Positions 11,596 to 22,424 of a stretch of 64,000 nucleotides of DNA are shown here, piece after piece. Every line of letters begins with the position of its first letter. Position 1 is the first letter of the stretch. Location: positions 16,244,001 to 16,308,000 of the forward strand of contig JBHGNT010000006.1 in assembly GCA_043228905.1 (NCBI GenBank), given 5' to 3'. A program made the translations under genes and the position numbers. The DNA is from Azolla caroliniana (lineage: Eukaryota; Plantae; Polypodiophyta). Under the pieces are notes generated by a model. It worked only from the letters and a program-made list of their open reading frames with translations, searched no databases and was not told the origin of the DNA.

Positions 11596-12411
11596 TGTCG
11601 TGCCTCTCGGCGACGGATCGTTACGTGAGTCGGGTGGGAACCGTTGGGGTTTTGGACTAGGAGAAAGGAGATCGTGAGATAGAGATTAATTATGAGTAGA
11701 TAGCAAAGACAAAGATAAGAAACTCGTGAATCACACGAGTATACTATATTAATTGGTACTTAGGTTGTTAAGGAAGAAGTAGATGCATAAATCGTGAATC
11801 CCACGAATAATTTTTATATTGATCAATACTTAATCCAAAAAAAAAAACCAACCCTTATACATCTTTCTCTCCTCCTTATATAAGGACGGAAGAGGCTAAG
11901 CATAGCTTCTTGCTTTTCTAAAGTGTTCATGCCCTCTAAATGTGCATGCTTGACTTTTCCCACTACAATTTCCTAAATTTAGCATTCATGCCCGCTAGAT
12001 GTGCATGCGTAATTTTTATTAGTGTACATATAAATAAAGTTTTCACGCATTCTAAAAATGCATGACTTACCTTTCAATAAAGGTAGGCGAAAATAAAGGT
12101 TTTATACATATTAAATCCATATTTGAAACACTCAGAATAAGTTAATATAATGGTAAAGCTGGAGTTTGTCTGTGTGGAGGTGCAGGGTTTGAATCCTGCC
12201 TTATGCACGTAACATAAATTTTAATGTTTCTTTTATTTACAATTGTGTCTCTTCATCCCGTAAGAGACTCTCACCGGCCTTCTTCATCCGGCTCTTCCTT
12301 GCCGATTCCTCCTTGCCGGTTCCTCTTCGTCTGGTTCTCACCGGGTATTTCATTTTCTATCCGAATGAACAAAATGCAATTTCCACGTAGTGTGTGAATT
12401 ACACTACGACA
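11596..12411 (-). repeat. B 3' LTR (816 bp)
   Basis: Near-identical to 41641..42442; PPT AGGGGGTGAG adjacent at 12412-12421. Confidence 0.95.
12140..12206 (+). other. tRNA-like module (A-box/B-box-like) inside the B LTR; second copy at about 42170..42237
   Basis: TAATATAATGGTAA … GGAGGTGCAGGGTTTGAATCCTGC; the other LTR has GCAAGGTTCGAATCTTGT. Confidence 0.55.
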
Positions 12412-12419
12412 CTCACCCC

Positions 12420-13478
12420 CTATAAACCCGCACATCCTCCGGTATGTGTCGAAGTTCTCGATGTTCCATATTCTCCTCCATCCGTATCGTTCTCCGAATC
12501 TTCCCTTATGTCGACTACGAGTTGAAGTCCACTTTCTTCGCCATTTGCATCACCGCGATCTTTGTCCGGTTGCTCCTCATTGTCGGTCTCGCCTATGGCT
12601 ACATAAGATTCCTTGTTAGTCCGCTTCTTTAAGATCTTCACCCGTTTCCCTGCTATAGGCACTCGTAGTATCGTTCCATCCAACTCACTTAGTCGGTAAG
12701 TTCCGTTGTTGAAAACTTTCCGAACCTCATATGGGCCGAAGCACCTTTTTGCGAACTTCCGTACCGTTGTATGTTGATGATCCAAACTATTGTCATAGAC
12801 AATCACCCAATCTCCTTCTTCAATCTTCCGTGGTCGTAGTCGGTGCTTGGTGTCGAACCGGCTTTTGTTCCGGAGTCGTGCTTCTTGCTGTCGGCGTGAC
12901 GCTTCCGCTACATCTTCCGGGCTTCCCTCCAGTTGTCGTATCCGGACCGCTAGTAGTTCTTCCCGACTCATCTCTTCCTTCCACAGTAGCATTGTCCATG
13001 TCGCGATTGCGGTTTCCGTCGACATTACCAGTGCTTGTCCGGTCATAAGTTCTGCCGGCATATAACCGGTTACGGAGCTATGTGTCGTCCGATCCGCCCA
13101 TAATGCATACGGGAGCGTCTGCGGCCAATCCATCACCCTTCCGTCGCATGCTTTGGCAAGTGCTTTGACGATCAGACTATGTCCTCGCTCGACCTTCCCG
13201 TTGGCTTCCGGATTGTATGTTGTTGTTAGTGTTAACAGAACTCCATGTTTGGCGAAGAATCCCCTAGCTTTATCAGAGTCAAGTTCTCCCCGATCCGCAA
13301 TCACTTGTCCTACGCACCCGTACCTGCAAAACACTTCTTCCAAAAGAAATTGACATACCGCAGAACACGTTTTTCTTCGTAGCGCCCGACCTTCTACTTG
13401 ATTTGTGAGATATTCCCGAGCTAACACCAAGTACTTCTTTTGTCTGATCCCGGTTGGCATGGCTACAATGTCGGCCAT
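12420..13478 (-). CDS. B integrase core and C-terminus
   Basis: RYGCVGQVIADRGEL, YNPEANGKVERGH, GPYEV; 352-aa ORF. Confidence 0.9.
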   Translation of the reverse strand: MADIVAMPTGIRQKKYLVLAREYLTNQVEGRALRRKTCSAVCQFLLEEVFCRYGCVGQVIADRGELDSDKARGFFAKHGVLLTLTTTYNPEANGKVERGHSLIVKALAKACDGRVMDWPQTLPYALWADRTTHSSVTGYMPAELMTGQALVMSTETAIATWTMLLWKEEMSREELLAVRIRQLEGSPEDVAEASRRQQEARLRNKSRFDTKHRLRPRKIEEGDWVIVYDNSLDHQHTTVRKFAKRCFGPYEVRKVFNNGTYRLSELDGTILRVPIAGKRVKILKKRTNKESYVAIGETDNEEQPDKDRGDANGEESGLQLVVDIREDSENDTDGGEYGTSRTSTHTGGCAGL

Positions 13479-13694
13479 CCATTTGAAGTTGATTGTTGGT
13501 GAGAATGTTGGATGTAACTCATCTCAGTGTCGAACTCTAGAGTAGATTTGACACTTCTCACAGCTTTCCGTGAACTCCGCGACATCTTTGTACATATTCT
13601 TCCACCAATATCTATGCTTGATCTTCCCAAATGTTGCCCATGTTCCCCGATGTCCAACCCAATCAGATTCGTGAAATTCAGACATTACCTGGTT

Positions 13695-15866
13695 TCATTG
13701 CTCTTTTGTCCCGACTACTTGAAGTGGTATGCCACCCGGTCTTTTCGGTTCCCTCCATAAAAATCCATTTTTCAAGAAGAACTTTCGGACTTGCCGTTTC
13801 TTACTTCGGATCTCGGCTCTCTTCTCTTTATTGTCCGATGATTCCTCGATTTCTCGTAGCATTTTCCTGATCAACAAGCTTTCTCCCTCGTATTCTTCTT
13901 CCCGGAATTCTTGGATTACGTCCACCCGACATATGTGCTGCGAAGCAAAGTAGTCTTTGGAAACTTCTTCATTATCGGATTCGGTTATGTCATCTCCGAA
14001 CCGCGCCCTTGATAGCATAGCCGCTACAACGTTGTCTTTTCCGGAGATGTGTCTTACCTCCAGATTAAGGGACTTAACATATGCAATCCACCTTAGCATA
14101 GCCACATCCGGTATAGTACAACACCGCATCATCCTGAGTATCGGAAGACAATCCGTTTCGATCACTACTTCGGCTCCGATCAAATAATCTCGATCTGATT
14201 TGATTGCCGACATGACTCCCCATAATTCTCTTTTGACTTGCGCATACCGGCGTTGCCTTTCGTTGAGAACCTTTGCTCTGAATCGGATCGGATATTGCGA
14301 ACCATCCGAGTCGAGTTGATTGATGACCCATCCGATTCCGGTTGGACTTGTATCAACCGTTACTATAACCGGTCGGTCATAGTTCGGCTTCTTTAGAGCT
14401 TTAGCCCTCCGCAGTGTTTTCTTGAGCTTCCTCATGGCTTCGGTGTGTTCCGGTTTCCATTCAAACTTCTTCCTCTTCCGCAACAAGTGATAGAGCGGGT
14501 CCGCAATATGTGCGTAGTGCGGAATCCATATGTGATAGAATGCACATGCTCCAAGAAACCTTCGGACTTCGGATTGTGACTCGCATACATCTTTCATAGC
14601 TTGAATCGCATCGATCTTGGTCGGTGACGATCTTCGGCCATAGGGCCCACATAGATGTCCGACTACCAATATTTCTTCTTGTTCGAATGCCGATTTCTCT
14701 CCAGAAAGTGTTAGATGCACATCTTCTAACTTCCATAACACTTTCCCACAATCACGGATATGGTTGACTACGAACCTTCGGCATCCACGTTCATCCATAG
14801 CTTCATCTTTTTCTTCCACCGCACACCCTTTCATCGGAATGTCATCTAGGAATGACATCGTTATCTCCGGTATGCAATCCCCTAGCACCTTGTTCATCGC
14901 ATTCATCATATGTGCGACCGAGTTTGTAGCGCCTTGTGGTAGCATACACATCTGGACTAATCCTATCGGTGTCCGCATGGTACTGATGTCTCGGCTCTCT
15001 ACGGCTAGTTGGAATTGGTCATATCCGGAGTATAGGTCTCCGATGGAGTATATCATGCGACCGGCAAATGCTTCTGCAAATTCGTCCACTATCGGACCGA
15101 CTCCGGAATTCCGGATCGTGACCTTGTTCACCGGTTGCAAGTCTTGGATAAATCGGAGTGACCCATTCTTCTTCGGAACCGTAAACCATCGATTTGAGTA
15201 CGAAGCGTTTGATGGCTCTAGAATCCCCATCACCACCTTCTCCTTGAGCAAGTTGATGACTTTCGGAATATGCGCCTGCGGCACCGGAATCGGCTTCAGG
15301 CTCCATGGCACATGGTCAATCGTGAAGATCACCATCGGCTCCACTATCTTCGGATCAACGCACCCTATCTCCTTCAATGTGAATGCAAATGCTTTTCCAT
15401 GTTGTTCCAGCATCTCACGAAATCGTTCTTCTTCTTTTTGTAAGAGGAAACCACCTCCACCGATCCGAAGTTTCTTCCGGGTCTCATCCGAGAAGGCATG
15501 TCCGATATCCACAGACTTTCGAAGTGTTGGATCTCCCGAGACTTGTTTCCTTTTTTGTTCTCTATCGGTGGGTAGCGGTCCTGCGGCCGGTTTCACTTTC
15601 TTCTCCACGGTCTTGTATTTCGTACTTACCATTACTTCTTCTTTGCGGAACGCATCCGGCCCCATTTTCGCAATGATCTCGTACATCTCGACCGACTCCA
15701 CTGGGACTACCTGGTCTTCTTGGTTTTTACCCTCCACAAGCTCTTCAAGCCGTTGTAGCGTGCTCCCATAGAACACTTCTTCGACTACCCCCACGATTTC
15801 TTCATCTTCTTTTATTATTGATGCCGACCGTAACTTACTCTCTACCTTTCGGTATTCTTTCTTCAT
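13695..15866 (-). CDS. B reverse transcriptase and RNase H
   Basis: WFTVPKKNGSLRFIQDLQPVN, DLYSGYDQ, LPQGATNS, FLDDI, TVDTSPTGIG, ETDCLP; 723-aa ORF. Confidence 0.93.
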   Translation of the reverse strand: MKKEYRKVESKLRSASIIKEDEEIVGVVEEVFYGSTLQRLEELVEGKNQEDQVVPVESVEMYEIIAKMGPDAFRKEEVMVSTKYKTVEKKVKPAAGPLPTDREQKRKQVSGDPTLRKSVDIGHAFSDETRKKLRIGGGGFLLQKEEERFREMLEQHGKAFAFTLKEIGCVDPKIVEPMVIFTIDHVPWSLKPIPVPQAHIPKVINLLKEKVVMGILEPSNASYSNRWFTVPKKNGSLRFIQDLQPVNKVTIRNSGVGPIVDEFAEAFAGRMIYSIGDLYSGYDQFQLAVESRDISTMRTPIGLVQMCMLPQGATNSVAHMMNAMNKVLGDCIPEITMSFLDDIPMKGCAVEEKDEAMDERGCRRFVVNHIRDCGKVLWKLEDVHLTLSGEKSAFEQEEILVVGHLCGPYGRRSSPTKIDAIQAMKDVCESQSEVRRFLGACAFYHIWIPHYAHIADPLYHLLRKRKKFEWKPEHTEAMRKLKKTLRRAKALKKPNYDRPVIVTVDTSPTGIGWVINQLDSDGSQYPIRFRAKVLNERQRRYAQVKRELWGVMSAIKSDRDYLIGAEVVIETDCLPILRMMRCCTIPDVAMLRWIAYVKSLNLEVRHISGKDNVVAAMLSRARFGDDITESDNEEVSKDYFASQHICRVDVIQEFREEEYEGESLLIRKMLREIEESSDNKEKRAEIRSKKRQVRKFFLKNGFLWREPKRPGGIPLQVVGTKEQ

Positions 15867-16000
15867 TCCTCTGGCTACGGCTGCGTACGTTGATGCCCCA
15901 TCCGGACCGATTCATACTTGTTTTGCTCTGAGAGTCTTCTTCCTGTGTAGGGTATGAGGGCTTCTCGGAGTATCACTTCCCCACTCCGCAACAGTCCGAT

Positions 16001-17445
16001 CTAAAAATCCATCTTCGTTTGGGACAAGAGCTCCCTCTTGTTCCTTTCATGATTTGCCGGCACAGTTAGGAATTGGACGGATTTCCCTCTGTTTTGGCTC
16101 CAAATTTGTGCAAAAGCCGCACCGCTATCGAGCACCTTTGTCTCCATCCATGAAGCCGTGATAAAGGGTTGCCCGAGGATAACGGAGTGTGAGACCTCAT
16201 CTTGCACGAAGAAATTTTGGTCTATCTCCACATCCTCGATCTTCACCATGACATCCGGACAAGCCACAAGTAGTTCTTCCGTTGCTTTAGTGGCTGCCCG
16301 GATCTTCCACCCATGATTCGTGTTAATAGGCCACTTACCCTTCCGGTAGAACTCCGTGGACATCAAGTTGATCTCCGATCCGTGATCAATCAATGCTAGC
16401 ACGGGCTCTTTGATGTTACCGATTCGGACCGGAGTCTCCGTAGTTGCGCGTGCCCAGTGTGGCTTTGTGTAGTGAGAATTCAGTATTTCTTCCTCCAATT
16501 CGGTGTCATTCATTAGAACGGTATTTGCATTCACCCTTGGAGCGTTCTCCTCCATACTTTGCCTTTTTCTCTTCACGAGATCCACAAGAAGATCGTGGAA
16601 CTCCTTCTTCGCTATTCCGAGTAATTCCCCAAGCGAAAAATCTACCCGGCTATCGAGGATTCTCTCCTCGAACACCTTTTTCAAGTCCGTTTGTTGTTCG
16701 ATGTCCGAGGTGAGCTTGAATGCCGGAATCATCTTTTCTTTTCCCTTAGCCCCGGAGTTCCAGCTTTCTGGTGTATTCGATGGACCGGCCACCTCATCCG
16801 TGTGCCGTCGCTTCTCATCTACATACACTTCATGCAAATGGCATAAAGCAAACACACTATTCTTATCCACGGGGCACTCCCATCCTGTAGCTTCACGGAT
16901 GCCTTCCGCGGTGCTTCGGATCTCATTGGAGTCGGTTTTCTCGGGGTTTTCTAGCATATCCGGCCAAAAAGACGCCTTTGCTCCCGACGACTCACCCACA
17001 CTTATTCCCGCGGTTGTCACATAATTACCTTTTGCCGCTATTTCCTCCTCTAGAACCTTCTTCATGCCGCCTTTCCGGAAGTTCGGTCGGAGTGGATTCC
17101 GAGAGTCCATCGAATGAATATGATTTCCCTCGTAGTAGATAAGATCCCGTCGTAACACCTCCTTGTGCTCGTCGCAATCCCTCCGATTGTTTTCGGTGCT
17201 ATCACACCATATACATCGACAGTCCATATACTTGGAGTTTGTGGGACGGTCTCCCGACTTCTTCACCATCGCGATTTTCAGATTCTCCATATCTTTCAGC
17301 AACTGCTCCATCGTGGTTGTGTCAATCCCCTTCTCGGTCGTAGTCTCTCGAGCCTGCAGTCGATGGTCCTCCAATCCGGATCTTGGTTTCGGAATTGGTT
17401 CCGAAACCCTCTTCTCTTCGTTAGCAAGACACTGCCCCCTCTTCG
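16001..17445 (-). CDS. B gag C-terminal part and protease
   Basis: RCIWCDS knuckle, ALIDHGSEINLMS, VILGQPF. Confidence 0.88.
16004..16010 (-). promoter_or_regulatory. Putative -1 ribosomal frameshift heptamer G_GAT_TTT before the gag-PR stop of B
   Basis: ATG GAT TTT TAG; the -1 frame is the RT frame. Confidence 0.65.
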
Positions 17446-17450
17446 TGTAT

Positions 17451-17885
17451 TGTTAACTCTTAGGGCCGGACAATGGCCTAACACAGAGTGTCTACGGAAG
17501 ACACTTCACCAAAGGGTGTTATGGCAACTGGATTAGACTCAACGCTTAACCCGACTTAATTAAGTTACTCAGCATGATCATCTTTCATAATCACACGCGT
17601 AAGATATAACGATTAAGACAGAACGGCAATTAACACAGAGAGATAACAACGCTAAGCTTTTATTAATTAACCGCTATTCATTACATTGTATCGGGGTCTT
17701 TAAATAGGTTTCCGGTCTGTATTACAAAACGGTGCCATCCGCACCTGTTCGGGATCGGTCCGGATCCGGAACGGCATACCGATTCCGGTCCGTTCGTCCA
17801 CACTCATAGCTTAATTACAACCACATTCCTACTACTTAAATAACTCTCCGTTTCTCACTCTGAACTCCTTTGCCGGCCGGTAACA
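17451..17885 (-). repeat. C 3' LTR (435 bp)
   Basis: TGTTA…TAACA; about 16 differences from the 5' LTR by manual count, nearly all transitions. TATTTAAA followed by AATAAA on the minus strand fixes the orientation. Confidence 0.95.
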
Positions 17886-17887
17886 CA

Positions 17888-17930
17888 TGGCACGCCCGTG
17901 GGACAGTACCTTGTACGTCGAATCCACAAC
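17888..17930 (-). other. tRNA-Arg-like 3' half ending in CCA, at the position where a PPT is expected
   Basis: Element sense: GTTGTGGATTCGA-cgtacaaggtact-GTCCCACGGGCGTGCCA-tg-[LTR]; no purine tract. Confidence 0.75.
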
Positions 17931-17939
17931 CGACCCTTG

Positions 17940-20920
17940 CTATTCTTCGTCCAAAATATCTAGAATGCTTTGTTCGAGAGTCTCCAATGGTTCATCTGGA
18001 ATTGGTTGTTGTTGTTGTTGTTGTTGCTGCTCTATTGATGTCTGTTGCGGCGGGTCCGTTGGTGGTTGCTCCTCCGTTTGTTGCTCTGACACTTGCGTCT
18101 CTGTCGTTGCTCCCTTCGTCGTAGTGGTCTCCGGTTGACTGGTTCCGGGCTTGCCCTCAGCCGACGACGGTTCCTCATCACTAAGGTTAACCGTTGCCGC
18201 TTCCCTTGCTTTTTCTTCCCGAACCCGGGACCGCTCGTAGCTTTCAAACTGGATTTGAGCGTCCAGCCTATCATCGTCTAGCTGAGCTATGAGCTGGCTG
18301 ACCTGCGCCAGTTGTTCATCTACCAGGACTTGGAAGTCGTCGGCCAACTCGTCCCGTATGGCGGTGAAGTCCTCGGAAGTCAACGTATAACAATCATCTC
18401 CTTCCTTCCGCCGGTTTGCCACATCTGCCCGTAGCAATTGGAGTTCCGCCGCGTTTTGTGCCCACTTTGTCCACCATCTTACGGAGCTTTCATCAATCAA
18501 GTGTTTTGTCTGATTTAGCCATGCCCGGAGGATGGACTGAATCCGGCCCGTTCCCAATTGTGATTTTGTTTCCGCCGCTTGCCGTTCCTCCAGTTGCTTG
18601 ATGATTTTGACGTTGTCTTCCTCCCGCGCCTTGTAATGCGTCAATTGCCTTTGATATGTGCTTTGTAATTTCTGCAATACTGTTGACGCTCTCTCTTTTT
18701 CTTCCTGCTGCTGCCTCTGGAGCTCCATCCGGACCTTCTCCGCCTCGTCCAAGCGTCTTATATTTTCCGCACGTTCGTCGGCAATCGCCGTCGCGGCCCG
18801 ATCAACTTCCTGCTGGAGCTCGGCCATCCGTTCCTTATGCTCCGTTTCCAGCCGTTTGTAGTCCCGGTGCAGGTGCTCAAAATCATCTGTCTTTTTCTTG
18901 AGCCGTGCATTGATCCTCGCGGTCCTTCTGCTGGCGGAGCTCTTCCTTTAGCCGTTCAATTTCCGTTTCCGCCGTCTTCCGCAGCTTGTCCTTTTCTTGC
19001 AGCACTTTGTCTTTTTCCTCCTTTAGCCGGTTGTACGCTTGATGGCCTTTCCGGAGGCTCTCCTCTGCCCGGTGGAGGTTCTCAGTAGTCTTCTTTAATT
19101 CGGCTTCGACCGTTGTCTTCAATTCCCGTTCACGGCTCCTTAGCGCTTCTTGTGCGGCAAGTTCATCTCTCAATTCCGCAAGCTCCTGGGCTTGCGCCGC
19201 ATCTCTCACCGGAATGGTTTCCGTTGCCGGGGTCTTATTGGTATGTACAGGTCGATCCGTTTCTTTATTCTGTACACTTACCGGATTCACCGGTGATTGG
19301 ATCTGTGTTGCCGTTAAGGCCATTTTGACCATCTCTGTCGTGACCTGATCCAAGTCTTTTTCAAGGCACCAGATTCTGGACCGGGCCGTCTCTAGTTGTT
19401 CGGTTGTGAGGAGCAACCGTTCGCTTTGTGCTCTTTCTTCCGCCTCAATATACCCCACTGCTCCGGCTATCTGTTCGCCTATCCACCGGAGCCACAGGCT
19501 ATCGGTGCCTTGTTGTGCTTGCACGGAGGTTTGACAGATTGGCTCACTTGTAGATGGGTGGCCCGCCTGGTTCTGCCGAGTTGCAGTTCCGTTTCTGCCC
19601 GTGGACCACCCTGCTGTCCTGGTTCCCCTTGCGCTTCTTCTTGGCTCGCCGAGGGAGGCTGCCTTGACCTTTCGGGCTCTGGCGGGATGGGACTTGCCGG
19701 TGTTGCCGGTGTTGCGGTGTTGCCGGGGCTTCTGATTCCGGTGCCATGCGCACCGGTTCCGGTTCCTTCCTTGGCATGGGAGTCTCAGTATGGGGAGTCA
19801 GTGTTCCCTCCGTCTGAGGGTCCGAACGTTTCCCGGCTGCCTCAACGGTCCTTGCCGACGACCGTCGCTGGAGGTGCTCCGTAGGCTCCTCCTCTATTTC
19901 CTCTTCCTGAGTCCCGGCATTGAGTTTTGCCGCCAAGGGGTCCGCTTCTCTATTCACCGGTCGGCGGAGTGTAACCTTTACGGGCCGTGCCGGTGGTTCC
20001 TCCTGCGCATCCGTTGGCCGCTTCCGGCTGCCGCTCTCCTTTCCCGCCTGTTCTGCATCCGCCGCCTTTCCCTTAGTGGCCTTAGAGGCCAACAACTGTT
20101 GTCGTTTGGAAGCCGTTCTTGGGGTGCCGTCCGCCACTCTTCCTCGCTTCTTGGGCTGGACAGGTGGCACAAGCAAGGTGAGCCACTGCGTTACGGCGTG
20201 CCATATCCTCCGTCCGTCTCGGCCTTCTTTGCCGTCTTTGCCTCTGACGATCTCGATTGCCGCACACAACTTGTCTGCGATCAATACCGGCCAATCCACC
20301 TTGATCCCTTCATAGGTGGCGATGATCATCCCTGCCAGGTTCAGCGGCATGACAGGGGGTCTAGGGTACACATGGCCGTATTCGTGGAGCACACGAGCAA
20401 TCTCGCGGAACAACATATCTCCGCCACCCTGTGTCTGGTAGCCCTTGCTGGCTAGAGAGTACTCACCAAAATACCTGATGAGCTGCTCCGGGGTTGGGTT
20501 GTCAATCGTGAGTATGCCTCCCTCCGGAAGGCCTGTTAACGCTCGAATCGCCTCTGCCGTTATGACCTCTGTGTCGATTTCTTTGATCACTTTGTCGGCT
20601 TCTTTGTGTGGCGGCACTTCCATCATCATCAAGAAGCCCTCGAGCCCGTGTTGCTTTAGCCATGTCTTGGCGGCTTCCGACAGTGTTTGCGGGTCCATGT
20701 CTGTGTCGAGGTCGGATTGTGGTGGCGAGGTTGGATGGTGATGAGAGTGAGATTGAGAGAGAGAGAGTTCAGAAGGCGGGGGTTCTCTGTGCGTAGGTTC
20801 TCGTCTGATGATCTTGCAGCGTCTTGGTGCTTCTGTGCTCCTGGGTTCGCGAAAGTAAAGGGTCTCTACGCGCAGTGGTTTTTGTCTGTGCATTCTGGCG
20901 CCTGTTTCGAGTGTGTGCAT
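17940..20920 (-). pseudogene. C extra 3' ORF (about 950-990 codons in three frameshifted pieces): globular N-terminus, basic/Pro linker, long coiled coil, polyQ/acidic tail
   Basis: ORFs 19544..20920, 18883..19524 and 17940..18827, on the same strand as pol and ending about 50 nt before the 3' LTR. Confidence 0.75.
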
Positions 20921-21074
20921 GTCGTGTACTAAAATAGCATTATGTCCTGTGGTGGCGCTTTAAATGCCCACTACGTACCTTTTCGCTCCTTGCTCTTTCA
21001 TCCATTCATTCCTCGCTTTTGCATGATTGTTTTTTTTTTTTTTTTTGGTTATTATTATTATTATTAGTGTGACG

Positions 21075-22400
21075 TTACTTGTCCGTTGGTCCTCTCGGAC
21101 CCTTACCGGTCTCATTCTCCCCAGTTACCGGCTCGCCGTCTCTGCCGTCTTGGTGGTTGCCGTGTCCCGCACCGGTGTCGGTCCTTTGCTCAAATGGGTT
21201 CTTCGGCATCGCTCCTCTATATGGCTTCAATTGGAATCCGTTGACCCATTTGCCTAGCATTTCGCCGGCAAGTGTCCCTAACTGGTAGGACCCATTATAC
21301 TCCCGTGTTAGCCAATACGGTCCGGTCCATCTAAACCGTAGTTTACCCGGCATCTTGCCCATCCGGGTCTGGAATACTAACACCGGTTTGCCAATTGCGA
21401 ACATTTTTTCGTTTCCTTTCCTGTGCCGGTCGACAAATGCTTTCCGTCGCCGTTGCTCCAATTCTAAGTGCAGGATGCTGGCCAGTTGTTGTTCCTCGAG
21501 TTCACAACCGTATTGCCTCCGACTCCTTCTCGTTCAGCCATTCCCGTAGCTGGATCCGTAAGCTGGGTACTTGGAATTCCACCGGCATTACCGCCTCTAG
21601 TCCGAACGCTAACCGGAACGGTGTTGTTCGGATGCTCGTTTTGTACGCCGTCCGGTATGCCCAAAGCGCGCTATGTAGCTTTGTATCCCAATCTGTTCGG
21701 TTTTCGTTGACGATCTTTCGGAGGATATTCTGGAGCGTCTTGTTCGTTGATTCTGCTAAACCGTTCGCTTGTGGATAGTAAGGTGTGCTCCGTTTGTGGA
21801 CAACGGCATAGAATGTCGTCAGGCTTTCCACTACTTGGCCGAGAAAGTGCCCCCCTTGGTCGCTTATTAATTCGATTGGGCATCCGTAACGGCACCAAAT
21901 GTACTCATATAGAAATTTCGCCATTGACGCAGTGGTGTTGTCCCTTAATGCTTTGGCCTCCACCCATTTCGTGCAGTAATCCGTCGTGACGATGATGTAT
22001 CGATTACCCGTTCTCATTGCCGGTGGTTTGAACGGTCCCACAAAGTCCAGCCCCCACTTCTGGAATGGCTCGAGTGGTAGTACTGGCTGGTGTGGCATAC
22101 GAGCCTGCTCCGTTGGCCGGCCCATTGGCTGGCATAGGTCACATTCTTTTGCGTACCGTACCGCATCTCTTAATGTCGTTGGCCACCATAGGCCACTTTG
22201 CCATATTTTCCTGGCTGTCACATCTCCGGCATAGTGACCTCCGGCAACTCCGCAGTGGGCTTCCCTCAGTATGAGGTCCTTTTCATCGCTGCGCACAGCC
22301 TGTCTCCATATGCCGTCCGCGCCCTTGTGGTAAAGTGTGCCTTGCAGTAAGTAGAAATGTCGGCTTTACACCGCCAGGCGTTTTCGTTCGTCCCGGTTCA
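21075..22400 (-). pseudogene. C integrase
   Basis: EAHCGVAGGHY…CDLCQ, FQKWGLDFVGP, ISDQGGHF, QANGLAESTNK, WTGPY; frameshift near 21500. Confidence 0.92.
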
Positions 22401-22424
22401 TCTCTTCCGGAGGCAATCCTGTGC

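Noticed and set aside
14764-15771. 335-aa plus-strand ORF, and similar antisense ORFs such as 38803..39594, 60270..61031 and 62367..63020
   Set aside because: Shadows of pol on the opposite strand with no recognisable motifs.
17940-20920. env gene or captured host myosin/SMC-like gene
   Set aside because: No signal peptide or transmembrane segment; coiled-coil composition alone does not identify a host gene.
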